Shown here one piece after another: positions 25,640 through 34,895 of a stretch of 35,665 bases of DNA. Position numbers and translations under genes: made by a program. The notes beneath the pieces were generated by a model. The model saw only the letters and a list, made by a program, of their open reading frames with translations. It was not told the DNA's origin and made no database searches. The stretch is from a virus (lineage: Duplodnaviria; Caudoviricetes): the IMG/VR virus record IMGVR_UViG_3300040971_000377, positions 1-35,665 of that record. One strand, written 5' to 3'. The first letter of the stretch is position 1, and each line of letters opens with the position of its first letter.

Positions 25640-27904
25640 ATGTCAGATAATAACCTGTCAGGGAAAGTAAGTCTTGATGTAACCGACTACAAAGCCGGTG
25701 TATCTGAGCTTAATCGACAGATCAGGGTTATTGAATCTGGTTTTCGTGCATCTGCAGCTGCCATGGGGGAGTGGGATAAAAACGCTACTGGTTTGGAGAT
25801 GCGTACTAAGGCTCTGACTTCACAGATTGACCTTCAAAAACAGAAAATTGCAGCACTTACCTCAGAATATGAGAAAGTGGTTGAAGAGAAGGGTGCTGAT
25901 AGCAGGGCTGCTCAGGAGCTGGAAATCAAGCTCAATAAGCAGAACGAAACGCTTGGCAAGATGACTGTTGAACTTGACCAAACAAATTCTGCTTTGGACA
26001 AAATGGGAGATGAATCAAAGAGTGCCGGCGGCAAGGTGCAAGACCTCGGTGAGAAACAAGAACAGACAGCACAGAAATCAGAATCATTCAAATCGGCTTT
26101 AAACGGAATGGTTGGTGGACTAAAAGCAACCTTGGTAGCAACTGCAGCCTTAGCGATTGCAGTGGTTGGACTTGCTGGCGGCATGGCCAAGATGGTGATG
26201 AGTTCTGCCAGTGCAGCTGACAACCTTGTAGAAATGTCTGCGAAAACTGGCATCTCTGTTGAGCGCCTTCAGGAATTGAGTTATATCGGAAAGCAAACCG
26301 GTACTGACCTAGAAACAGTCACTAGCGCAAATGCGCGACTGATTAGATCGATGGATTATGCAGCTCAAGGGACCGGGATACAAGCAGAAGCATTTAATAA
26401 ACTTGGAGTTTCTGTTGTTGATAGCAGTGGAAACCTAAGAAATAGTCAGACCGTATTTCAAGAGGCACTCACTAAATTGGGGGAAATGTCAAATGAAACC
26501 GAGAGAGATGCAGCTGCAATGGCTTTGTTTGGAAAGAGTGCTCAGGAGCTCAATCCACTAATCAAGACCAGTGCTGAAGAGCTTGGCGAAATGACTGAAT
26601 CAGCCCATGGATTTGGGGCAGTGATGTCCGACCAGGCAGTTTCAGGGTTAGCAGATTTAAACGACTTGCTAGATGGATTAAAAGATGGTTTACGGGGGAC
26701 GCTTGGTGAAATTTCTGCAGCTTTCCTTCCAGGAATAAAAGGTATGACCCCTGTGGTAAGTGGTTATATGAGGGATCTTGTTGAAATTGTTCAAGGTTCG
26801 AATGGCAACCTCGGTTCAATGGCCAGCGGAATCGGTGGTTTGCTTGGGAAAATCCTCAGTGATATTGCCGGGAAAGGCCCAGAAATGCTGCAAGGAGGGC
26901 TTGGAATGATTCAGGGGATCATGGATGCTCTGACGGAGAATTTACCAATCATGCTGCCGGCAGTGATCACCATGATACAAACCTTAGTGGGATTTATTGT
27001 ACAAAATATCCCCATGCTCATTGATGCGGGGGTGCAGATCCTGTTAATGCTCGTGACGAGTTTGATCAGTATGTTGCCAATGCTGCTCACTGCGGCTATT
27101 GAGATCATTGTTCAATTGGCTAACGGACTTTCAGAGGCATTGCCATCGTTGATCCCAGCCGTGGTGGGGATCATCATGCAATTGGTGTTGACTCTTGTTC
27201 AAAACATTCCAATGTTGATTACAGCAGCCCTACAGCTCATCATGGCGTTGGCCACTGGCTTAATTGCCGCGCTACCAGTGCTAATGGATATGCTGCCTAC
27301 GATCATGATCGAACTGGTCAACGGCCTTTTATTGAGCCTCCCAGAATTATTAGTGGCAGCAGTTCAAATCATCCTTACTCTTGCGTTGGGAATAATTGAA
27401 AATATCCCAAAAATGTTGGCCATGATGCCCCAGGTGATTGATGCCCTTGTCAAGGAATTTAAGAGCGATGCTTTCAAGGTAAAGATCAAATCAATGGGCG
27501 AAGATATCGTTCATGGTATCAGCGAAGGTTTCACCAAGGCTTGGGAAAATTTCAAAGCCCATTTTATGTCGAATTGGAATGAACTGGTGGATAAGGTAAA
27601 GGATTTGTTAGGGATTCATTCTCCCAGCACCGTGTTTGCGGAAATCGGCGTCAATATGGCTCTGGGTCTGGGTGGAGGATTCTCGAAACAAATGGCCAAT
27701 GTTACCCAACAGATCCAGAATGCAATGGCAGGAATTGCGGCAAATTCGACGATGGATGCCAATTTGAATGTAAATCAGAATGGTTCTGCAAACCAGCAGG
27801 TTGTTGGGCCGAAGGGCAATGTCTACCAGGCATTCTTCGAAACGTATAACGAAAATCAATTCAATAGATACCTTCGCCAAACGGAGATGCTCTATGGCTC
27901 GTGA
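25640..27904 (+). CDS. Tape measure protein
   Basis: 754 aa; coiled coil, amphipathic repeats, LGIHSPSTVF. Confidence 0.95.
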   Translation: MSDNNLSGKVSLDVTDYKAGVSELNRQIRVIESGFRASAAAMGEWDKNATGLEMRTKALTSQIDLQKQKIAALTSEYEKVVEEKGADSRAAQELEIKLNKQNETLGKMTVELDQTNSALDKMGDESKSAGGKVQDLGEKQEQTAQKSESFKSALNGMVGGLKATLVATAALAIAVVGLAGGMAKMVMSSASAADNLVEMSAKTGISVERLQELSYIGKQTGTDLETVTSANARLIRSMDYAAQGTGIQAEAFNKLGVSVVDSSGNLRNSQTVFQEALTKLGEMSNETERDAAAMALFGKSAQELNPLIKTSAEELGEMTESAHGFGAVMSDQAVSGLADLNDLLDGLKDGLRGTLGEISAAFLPGIKGMTPVVSGYMRDLVEIVQGSNGNLGSMASGIGGLLGKILSDIAGKGPEMLQGGLGMIQGIMDALTENLPIMLPAVITMIQTLVGFIVQNIPMLIDAGVQILLMLVTSLISMLPMLLTAAIEIIVQLANGLSEALPSLIPAVVGIIMQLVLTLVQNIPMLITAALQLIMALATGLIAALPVLMDMLPTIMIELVNGLLLSLPELLVAAVQIILTLALGIIENIPKMLAMMPQVIDALVKEFKSDAFKVKIKSMGEDIVHGISEGFTKAWENFKAHFMSNWNELVDKVKDLLGIHSPSTVFAEIGVNMALGLGGGFSKQMANVTQQIQNAMAGIAANSTMDANLNVNQNGSANQQVVGPKGNVYQAFFETYNENQFNRYLRQTEMLYGS

Positions 27905-28751
27905 ACAGGTCATCTGGGTCGATGCAGACGGTGGAGAACTCAATCTCAATGATTGGGTAAATTACATATGCACAAGGGATCAAAAAGGAGTTTGGGGGCC
28001 GCCTTTTTCGCTTCAGAGTTCTAAATCACCTTTATCTGAAGGAAGTCAATTTCGGGGAGTAATTGTAGGTGAACGTGGTGTTGATCTGAATCAGAAAATC
28101 AGGGGGACATCACGTGAAGAATTATTGACTCTATTACGTGATCTATCTCAACGGATGGACCCCTTAAAAGGTGAAGGCCAATTGAAGTTCATCAATGGTG
28201 CCGAAACACGAATTTTGTATTGCCGTCCAGAAGGATTAATGGACGTTACTGACAAAGGGATTATTGCAGAAACCATCCTATCTTTCACTGCGAATGATCC
28301 TTTTCTTTACGACGACGAGCCAGTAACTATTGTGTTTGAAACATCCGGTGTGGCAGGCACATTTTTTTCTTCAACATTCTTTCCGATGCACCTGACAAGG
28401 TCAATCGTTTATTCAACACAAGAGATTGATAACCCTGGTAATGCTGAAACTTACCCAGTTTGGACTATAGCCGGGCCTGGTATTTCGATCCAATTAACCA
28501 ATATTAGAACCGGGAAGGTAATCTCTCTCGGAAACCTTGAGTTATTTACAGGTCAAGAATTAATAATCGATACTCGAATAAGAAAAAAAACCGTGCAGTT
28601 GGATGGATTCAATGCATTCGAGTACCTTGCAGATCGTTCGTCTCTTTGGCAACTTTTACCAGGCCAGAACGACATCCAAATTGAGATGAGCGGTGCTGCA
28701 GCAGAATCCAGTGTGGAACTTCAATTCACTCCGAGGTTTGACTCAAAATGA
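27894..28751 (+). CDS. Distal tail protein (Dit-like)
   Basis: FTANDPFLY, NPGNAETYPVWTIAGP, WQLLPGQN. Confidence 0.85.
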   Translation: MAREQVIWVDADGGELNLNDWVNYICTRDQKGVWGPPFSLQSSKSPLSEGSQFRGVIVGERGVDLNQKIRGTSREELLTLLRDLSQRMDPLKGEGQLKFINGAETRILYCRPEGLMDVTDKGIIAETILSFTANDPFLYDDEPVTIVFETSGVAGTFFSSTFFPMHLTRSIVYSTQEIDNPGNAETYPVWTIAGPGISIQLTNIRTGKVISLGNLELFTGQELIIDTRIRKKTVQLDGFNAFEYLADRSSLWQLLPGQNDIQIEMSGAAAESSVELQFTPRFDSK

Positions 28752-29848
28752 GCTTATATGAAGCATTTGTTAGGGATGAAAACGGTAATCGTGTTGGGCA
28801 GATAACAGACTATTCCAATCTAACCTTTGTGCGAAGGTTTAATGCAGTAGGTACCTGGTCACTTGCATCAACACCTGAAGCACTTTCGATGCTTACAAAA
28901 AAAGGCGGCATAGAAGTCTATCGGAACGGTGAACCTCATTTCAGTGGTTTTGTTAGAAGATTCCATAATGAGAATGGATTGGAAATGGTCGTATCGGGAA
29001 AAAACGACTTGATGGTCGTTGAAAAACAATTAGCTTATCCAGTTCCGGGGGGTGCACCATTTTCAACTGATTATGATGTAAGAACGGGAATTGCCGAAAC
29101 AATAATTAAGCAATTTGTTGATGTCAATATTGGTCCAAATGCATTGCCTGCAAGAAGAGTTCCTGGTCTTTCTATCGAGACGGATTATGGGAGAGGAGGT
29201 ACCGTAACCGGAAGGGCGCGATTTGACAAATTATTAGAATTGATCTCCTCGCTCTCAATTAATGGTGGGATCGGCTTCAGGATCAGGAATCTTGTTTTCG
29301 AAACATTCATCCCTGAAGATAAAACCGGGACTATTGTTTTCTCTAAAGGATTGGGAACTCTTGGTGAATTTACATCTGATATAGAAGCCGGTCAAGCCAA
29401 TTACATCGTATGCGGCGGCAGCGGTGAAGGATCGGCACGCACTTTTGTTGAGGGGAGTAATTCAAGCTCAGTTTTAGAGTGGGGTCGTGTTGAATTCTTT
29501 TTAGATAAAGGTAACACCTCTTCAGCAGAAGAGTTAAATGCAGCGATTTTGGAAGAACTAACCAAACAAAAAGAAAAAATAACGATTACATTTTCGCCAT
29601 TGGGAACCGAGAACATGCGCCCAGTGGATGATTTTGATGTAGGTGATTGGGTTGCTTATGTAGAAGACGGGGTATCTACTTTTCACCAGGTGCGAGAAAT
29701 GAAAACTGTATTATCGGTGGACAAGGGGGAAGACATCACTTTGGCGATTGGGACTGATGGCGCCTCAAGTGATCTTAGTACCTATTCTAATATTTACTCA
29801 AGAGTCAGAGGTATTGATCAACGATTGAATGCTCAGGAGCGGAGGTAG
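28748..29848 (+). CDS. Tail hub protein (ReqiPepy6 gp37-like)
   Basis: RRFNAVGTWSL, GGSGEGSAR, GRVEFFLD, DFDVGDWV. Confidence 0.85.
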   Translation: MSLYEAFVRDENGNRVGQITDYSNLTFVRRFNAVGTWSLASTPEALSMLTKKGGIEVYRNGEPHFSGFVRRFHNENGLEMVVSGKNDLMVVEKQLAYPVPGGAPFSTDYDVRTGIAETIIKQFVDVNIGPNALPARRVPGLSIETDYGRGGTVTGRARFDKLLELISSLSINGGIGFRIRNLVFETFIPEDKTGTIVFSKGLGTLGEFTSDIEAGQANYIVCGGSGEGSARTFVEGSNSSSVLEWGRVEFFLDKGNTSSAEELNAAILEELTKQKEKITITFSPLGTENMRPVDDFDVGDWVAYVEDGVSTFHQVREMKTVLSVDKGEDITLAIGTDGASSDLSTYSNIYSRVRGIDQRLNAQERR

Positions 29849-29850
29849 AA

Positions 29851-31227
29851 ATGACTAGATATTACTATCCATTTGATTCTGGACCAGGTGCATCTGTTAT
29901 GACAGGGCAATGGTCGAGGATGGCACGGCTTTGGAAACCTGATGGTGTAATTTTTGGATTTGCGAATGAATATCAGGTTTACGCAGATAGTAGCGGAAAA
30001 CAAGTAAAGGTCAAAACAGGTGCGGTGTGGATTAAAGGTGGATACGCATACGACACTGCTGAAAACACTATCGCGTTGGCTTCAAATTCATCAGGTAACT
30101 CTCGTGTCGATATTATCGCTGCAGAGATTGACTGGGTGAACAATACAATGGGAATTGTGGCTATCACGGGAACACCAGGCATAACACCATCAGCACCGGC
30201 GCTCACTCAAACGGATGGCACTAAATGGCAGATTAAGCTTGCGCAGGTGATAGTAGCCAATGGTTATACCACCGTGGCTGCTGGAGATGTATCCGACTAT
30301 CGGTCTTATTGCCAACGCGGACAGATCAATATTTTAGGATTTCAACCCCCTGCGACCTCCGCCGGTGATTATGGTTTAGATAAAGCCGGTGATGGCGGGT
30401 TAAATTGGAAACAGTGGCAATTGGGTAAGGGTGAAAATGAAGAAAGCTCGAATCTATACAAAATGCCAGACAGATATTCTGGAGGTGGATTTAGGACTAA
30501 ATTATTAGTGCAAGCTATACCTTATTCATTGGATAACTGCGATGTGGCCTGGACAGCGAACGCCAATGTGACCCAGGCACAAGAGACTTCGCTTATGAAA
30601 GAAGGTGCAGCTGCACAAAAGCTCACCATCGCAGCGGCATTCACAACGGGAATCGCAGCGTACCACGCGATCTCGAGTGTGGATTTGCATCTTTATAAAA
30701 AAATCTATAAATGGATCAAATCAGATATTGCCACGAACGCCGGTGATCTTCAGCTTGTTTTGGATGATTCGGCGGGGTGTGTGAGCCCTGTAAAAACATT
30801 TGATGTGCCTGCACTGGCTGCCGGGGTGATGACCCTTTGTGAGTGGGATTGCGGAGATATGTCTGGAACAGCAGCCATAATCTCGGTAGGGTTGAAGGTT
30901 GCAGTGGATAAAGGCTCCCAGGTGGTGACGATTGACCAGATTTGTTTAACCGGGCAGTCTATTTTTGGAATTGAGGCTTTGGCAATTAACCCCGGTGATG
31001 ATCTTAATGCAGCGGTGTTTGGTACGCCACAATATTCTGCATTGACTACTCTGCGTTTCTTGAAACCAGTTGAAATTGAGATTTCAACGCCGGTTGTAGC
31101 AGCTGGAAGCCCATCGCCTGGAAGTTACTTGAAATTCAGGCTTAGCAGGAAGAATGATGCAAATGATACTCATGGAGCTGATGCGGCCATTATCTCGTCC
31201 ACGATCTATTATCCGGAGGCAGTGTAA
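29851..31227 (+). CDS. Minor tail/receptor-binding protein
   Basis: YYPFD N-terminus, RVDII, P.LTQ...WQI.LAQV; beta-rich C-terminus. Confidence 0.75.
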   Translation: MTRYYYPFDSGPGASVMTGQWSRMARLWKPDGVIFGFANEYQVYADSSGKQVKVKTGAVWIKGGYAYDTAENTIALASNSSGNSRVDIIAAEIDWVNNTMGIVAITGTPGITPSAPALTQTDGTKWQIKLAQVIVANGYTTVAAGDVSDYRSYCQRGQINILGFQPPATSAGDYGLDKAGDGGLNWKQWQLGKGENEESSNLYKMPDRYSGGGFRTKLLVQAIPYSLDNCDVAWTANANVTQAQETSLMKEGAAAQKLTIAAAFTTGIAAYHAISSVDLHLYKKIYKWIKSDIATNAGDLQLVLDDSAGCVSPVKTFDVPALAAGVMTLCEWDCGDMSGTAAIISVGLKVAVDKGSQVVTIDQICLTGQSIFGIEALAINPGDDLNAAVFGTPQYSALTTLRFLKPVEIEISTPVVAAGSPSPGSYLKFRLSRKNDANDTHGADAAIISSTIYYPEAV

Positions 31228-31988
31228 TGGGAGTTGCTTCTGGTGGTGCAATTACAAAAGCCAATGGACGCGAAATCCATACATTTTTGAGTTCTTCATC
31301 TTTAGTCGTGACTGAAGATTGCATGGCTAATATACTCATAGTTGGTGGAGGCGGAGGGGGAGTTTACGGCGGCGGAGGCGGTGGAGAAGTAAAGAAATTA
31401 TTCAATATTGGGTTGCACGCAGGTACTTATCCAGTTGTTGTCGGACAAGGAGGCGGTGCATCTTCAAACGGTGGGAGCTCCTCAATCAATTCGTTAACTG
31501 CTATTGGTGGGGGTAAGGGAGGTTCCAATTCAAACGGGTCTTCTGGTGGCAACGGTGGCGGTGGCGGCGGTTCTGGAAGTTTTGCTGGCGGTGCAGGTAC
31601 GGCAGGTTATCCGGGTGGGGGAAATACTAGTTCTGGTGGTGGTGGAGGTGGTGGTGCGGGTCAAGCAGGAGGCGTCGGGAACTCCTCGTTAGGGGGAAAA
31701 GGAGGAGACGGCGTTTATGATTCAATAACAGGCGCTTCAATTTGTTATGGAGGTGGTGGGAGTGGTGGAAACCAAACCGGCGTCAATGGATTAGCTGGGG
31801 GTGCAGGTGGTGGTGGCACTGGAAATAGGACAATAGCTGGAGGGGCAGGGACGAACGGATTAGGCGGTGGTTTGGGTGGAACTTGGGAGGTCGGACAAAA
31901 TGCCACTGGTGGTTCTGGTGTTGTAATTGTTAGTTTAGTTCCTGTTGGTGGAAATAATTTGTCAGATTCTGAAGAATCAATAATGTAG
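31227..31988 (+). CDS. Glycine-rich tail-associated protein
   Basis: VGGGGGG repeats; GGSGVVIV end. Confidence 0.8.
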   Translation: MGVASGGAITKANGREIHTFLSSSSLVVTEDCMANILIVGGGGGGVYGGGGGGEVKKLFNIGLHAGTYPVVVGQGGGASSNGGSSSINSLTAIGGGKGGSNSNGSSGGNGGGGGGSGSFAGGAGTAGYPGGGNTSSGGGGGGGAGQAGGVGNSSLGGKGGDGVYDSITGASICYGGGGSGGNQTGVNGLAGGAGGGGTGNRTIAGGAGTNGLGGGLGGTWEVGQNATGGSGVVIVSLVPVGGNNLSDSEESIM

Positions 31989-31992
31989 GAGG

Positions 31993-32033
31993 ATTGCGTA
32001 CGCTGGATGCTCATCCAGCGTACGCAATTTCTT
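31993..32033 (+). terminator. Terminator-like perfect inverted repeat
   Basis: ATTGCGTACGCTGGATG-CT-CATCCAGCGTACGCAAT followed by TTCTT. Confidence 0.7.
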
Positions 32034-32062
32034 ATTCAAGAAAGATATGAGGAAAAATTGCT

Positions 32063-33052
32063 ATGGGACTGAAATATTCAAGTTTTGCAATCAAGGGGAT
32101 TGATGTAAGTCTATATAATGGAATGATTGACTGGGATCAAGTGATCGCGTCAATTGATCCTGATTTTACGGCTATGCGTGCGGGTTATGGGATTGTGACC
32201 GACAATAAGTTTGTTGAAAACTGGATGAACTCAAAGTGTAAGATCAACCGCATGGTGTATTGGTATATGGACTATTATAGTCATATCAACGGTTGGACTG
32301 ATAAGAGATACACCGACACCGAATGGGGCGTAGCGCAGGCGCAAAAATGCTGGTCGCTGATAAAAGATGACTTCGAGGGTGTTGTATGGCTGGACATTGA
32401 GAGCAGCAGTCCGGCGTATGCAGATACAATCCAGAAAGTGGCTTCACGTGTTAACACAATCGCAAACGCTTTCCTCGTTGAAATTGACCGACTCTCGGAT
32501 AAGATGAATGGTGTCTACGCTTCAGTTGGGCAATTATCCCTATTCAATAGTGCTCTTAAAAAGCGTCCTCTTTGGGTGGCTTGGTACAACGAATATCAGA
32601 CACCTAACACCGTGATCGCAGCCTGTTGTAAGGCTGGCTGGACTGGAAAAGTGTTGATCTGGCAGTATGCAAGTCATGGAGATATTGATAGCAACGGCAC
32701 ACCGGATGGGTTGAGTGTTGGCACGCAATTGAAGGAATTAGACCTCAACGTGTGGATTGGAACCAACGCAGACTACACTGAAATGTGGGGTGATGTGATT
32801 GTCACACCCGAGGATGAGACACCGATTGACGAACCGGTCATTGAGCCTGTGGAGCAGTTTGTCACACGCATGGCAACGGCTAACCTGGCATTAAGGGCGC
32901 TCCCTTCGGTAAATTCTACACTGCTTGGCAGGTGGGGTATCTGGAGAAACGTCAACGTATCAAAGACGTTAGAACCAGGGGTTGGAAGTATCAAGGGCTG
33001 GGTAAAGGTGGAAGGGCAGGATGCTTATATGAGCGCGGATTGGCTGAAATAA
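32063..33052 (+). CDS. Endolysin: GH25 muramidase with SH3-like C-terminal domain
   Basis: GIDVSLYNG.IDW, WLDIE, LWVAWY, IWQY, ELDLN; NLALR.P..GWVKV..YMSADWL. Confidence 0.92.
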   Translation: MGLKYSSFAIKGIDVSLYNGMIDWDQVIASIDPDFTAMRAGYGIVTDNKFVENWMNSKCKINRMVYWYMDYYSHINGWTDKRYTDTEWGVAQAQKCWSLIKDDFEGVVWLDIESSSPAYADTIQKVASRVNTIANAFLVEIDRLSDKMNGVYASVGQLSLFNSALKKRPLWVAWYNEYQTPNTVIAACCKAGWTGKVLIWQYASHGDIDSNGTPDGLSVGTQLKELDLNVWIGTNADYTEMWGDVIVTPEDETPIDEPVIEPVEQFVTRMATANLALRALPSVNSTLLGRWGIWRNVNVSKTLEPGVGSIKGWVKVEGQDAYMSADWLK

Positions 33053-33095
33053 ATATCATAATATCGTCTCTCGCAAAGAAAACCATTTTTTATTC

Positions 33096-33124
33096 AAAAT
33101 CCCTCCGATCGGAGGGATTTTTTT
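33096..33124. terminator. Bidirectional terminator
   Basis: AAAATCCCTCCGATCGGAGGGATTTTTTT between convergent genes. Confidence 0.8.
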
Positions 33125-33434
33125 ATTCCAGGATATCGCGTAGAAGATTGGACTTTTCATGATGAATGTAGGGGGTGCCATTTACCTGGTCAAGAATAAG
33201 AATCCGGTTATTAAAATAAATATTACTTCCCTGCTTTTTCATCAATTCAATTACCTCGGCACGTGAAAGATCAACCTCTCTCGGATAGATTATCGTTTGG
33301 GTTGCTTCGACAAGATTGATCAAAGTATTGTCTGAGTTGAAATAGACCTTTGAAATTTCAGTGCGTATAAATTCAAAATTGGTCATCTGGTCAGGACAGG
33401 TTTTATTTGGATCGGGAATTGAGTGATAAACCAT
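33123..33434 (-). CDS. Small protein, DUF3892-like
   Basis: SRAEVIELMKKQG..Y..VNGTPYI pattern; RBS AGAGGAAG. The family call is tentative. Confidence 0.55.
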   Translation of the reverse strand: MVYHSIPDPNKTCPDQMTNFEFIRTEISKVYFNSDNTLINLVEATQTIIYPREVDLSRAEVIELMKKQGSNIYFNNRILILDQVNGTPYIHHEKSNLLRDILE

Positions 33435-33483
33435 GGCTTCCTCTTTGTTTTAAGTATCACTTCACAACTTGCGAGTTAGAATT

Positions 33484-33512
33484 ATTATAGATTATTTGTT
33501 CTATTTGGTGAA
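33484..33512 (-). promoter_or_regulatory. Promoter with SOS-box-like motif for the DUF3892-like gene
   Basis: Minus strand TTCACC-N17-TATAAT containing TAGAACAAATAATCTA; 21/23 identical to 5316-5338. Confidence 0.5.
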
Positions 33513-33515
33513 GAT

Positions 33516-34253
33516 ATGGAAAATATTGGGAATGCAACTCTGTTTATCGGGGACTGCCTTGAAGTCATGCCAACTCTCGAAGCTGGCAGTGTTGACCTGG
33601 TATTCGCAGATCTGCCATATGGTGTTACGGCCTGCGATTGGGATGTGATCATTCCGTTTGATCGATTGTGGGCGGAGTATGAAAGGGTCTTAAAGCCGGC
33701 TGGAACTGTGATTCTGACGGCCAGTCAACCATTCACCACCAAACTGATCAACAGCAAAATGGATTGGTTCAGATATGAGCTAATCTGGAAAAAGAATACG
33801 GTGACCGGGCATTTGAACTCAAAGTACCAACCTATGAGAGGGCATGAAAACATCTTAGTTTTCTCTCCGGTCAAGACCACGAAAATGACCTACCGGCCGC
33901 AGGGATTGGTGGCAGTGGATAGATGGAAGAAACCAGGACGGGCCAGGATTTACGGCAAACAAGCAGGTGAGATCAGGCATGTGAGGTGGGCGAACTTCCC
34001 CAGGTCTGTGTTGGAGTTTGCCTCCGAGACTGAGCACCGGCATCCAACTCAGAAACCGGTCGCGCTCCTAGCTTATTTGATCGAGACTTATTCCGCTCCT
34101 GGTGCTGTGGTTCTAGATAATACGATGGGAGTGGGGAGTACGGGGGTTGCTTCGCTGCAGGTTGGCAGGCGGTTCGTTGGTATCGAAATGGCCGAACAAT
34201 TTTTCAAAGTGGCTGTGGAGCGGATCAGGAATGTTTGCGCGCAAACATTTTAA
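33516..34253 (+). CDS. Orphan N6-A/N4-C DNA methyltransferase (beta class)
   Basis: GDCLEVM, ADLPYG, HPTQKP, VLDNTMGVGSTG. Confidence 0.93.
   Translation: MENIGNATLFIGDCLEVMPTLEAGSVDLVFADLPYGVTACDWDVIIPFDRLWAEYERVLKPAGTVILTASQPFTTKLINSKMDWFRYELIWKKNTVTGHLNSKYQPMRGHENILVFSPVKTTKMTYRPQGLVAVDRWKKPGRARIYGKQAGEIRHVRWANFPRSVLEFASETEHRHPTQKPVALLAYLIETYSAPGAVVLDNTMGVGSTGVASLQVGRRFVGIEMAEQFFKVAVERIRNVCAQTF
34230..34249. promoter_or_regulatory. parS-like palindrome at the 3' end of the methyltransferase gene
   Basis: Exact AATGTTTGCGCGCAAACATT. Confidence 0.75.
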
Positions 34254-34254
34254 A

Positions 34255-34285
34255 AGGTTTCGATAATTCGTGATTATCGAAACCT
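34255..34285. terminator. Inverted repeat between convergent genes
   Basis: AGGTTTCGATAAT-TCGTG-ATTATCGAAACCT. Confidence 0.6.
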
Positions 34286-34373
34286 AAAATTATCTATTTG
34301 TCTGCTAATAATTGTTACTTGAACTCAAAACCATACAAAATAACCCTCAAGCCTAAGCGCCGCGCTTTTGATG

Positions 34374-34895
34374 CTATTCACATGATCGATTATATTCAAA
34401 GTGGGCTCGAGGGTTCTTAATATATCTAGCTCTTGTAGTTCTTGCATTAAAAGCATCCTCAATCCATTTTTCTAATTCAGCTGCATCACTAGGGTAATTT
34501 ATTACTCTTGCATAACACTCAACATCATCCTTACCTTTAAGATTGTTATTTAATCTTTCGGGATAATACTGATCAAAACTTTTTAGCTTTATACCTAGTA
34601 AACCGTTAGGTGTTACTGTTTCCCCATTTCTTAGTGAGGCTTGAATTTCCCAATCAATATATCTTCTTGCCCATGTGCATTTACCCATCAATACAATGGT
34701 TACTGTAGAATCTTCAAGATATAACTGACGGATACGTCTCATTATGTAGTCTGAATCTGTGCTGTTTATGATGTCATCAGCCATACCAAGTGCTCTTGAA
34801 ATTAATATATTTTTGTCGTCATCGAATTTTGAAATAAAATCGTCGACTTCTTTTTGATCTGCATGGTGGTAAGAAATAAATACTTTATGGGTCAT
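34374..34895 (-). CDS. TIR-domain protein, ThsB/DUF1863-like
   Basis: HKVFISYHHAD, DSTVTIVLMG, RRYIDWEI (catalytic Glu), NGLLGI, WIEDAF. Confidence 0.92.
   Translation of the reverse strand: MTHKVFISYHHADQKEVDDFISKFDDDKNILISRALGMADDIINSTDSDYIMRRIRQLYLEDSTVTIVLMGKCTWARRYIDWEIQASLRNGETVTPNGLLGIKLKSFDQYYPERLNNNLKGKDDVECYARVINYPSDAAELEKWIEDAFNARTTRARYIKNPRAHFEYNRSCE

Larger units (their letters stand above)
1..34253. mobile_element. Temperate siphovirus prophage (boundaries and att sites not identified)
   Basis: Integrase, immunity switch, replication, packaging, head, tail and lysis modules occur in canonical order. Confidence 0.92.

Noticed and set aside
29851-31988. Diversity-generating retroelement or invertible tail-fibre cassette
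   Set aside because: No reverse transcriptase, invertase or TR/VR repeat pair was seen. The Gly-rich repeats are coding low complexity.
865-34249. Repeated palindrome as a CRISPR repeat, REP element or terminator
   Set aside because: Copies are kilobases apart with no spacers, no loop or consistent U-tract, and three lie within genes.
33516-34253. Restriction-modification system
   Set aside because: No cognate endonuclease is adjacent; orphan methyltransferases are common in phages.
34255-34373. attR site or tRNA remnant
   Set aside because: I found no matching direct repeat in the window; the left end is truncated within int, so att sites cannot be determined.
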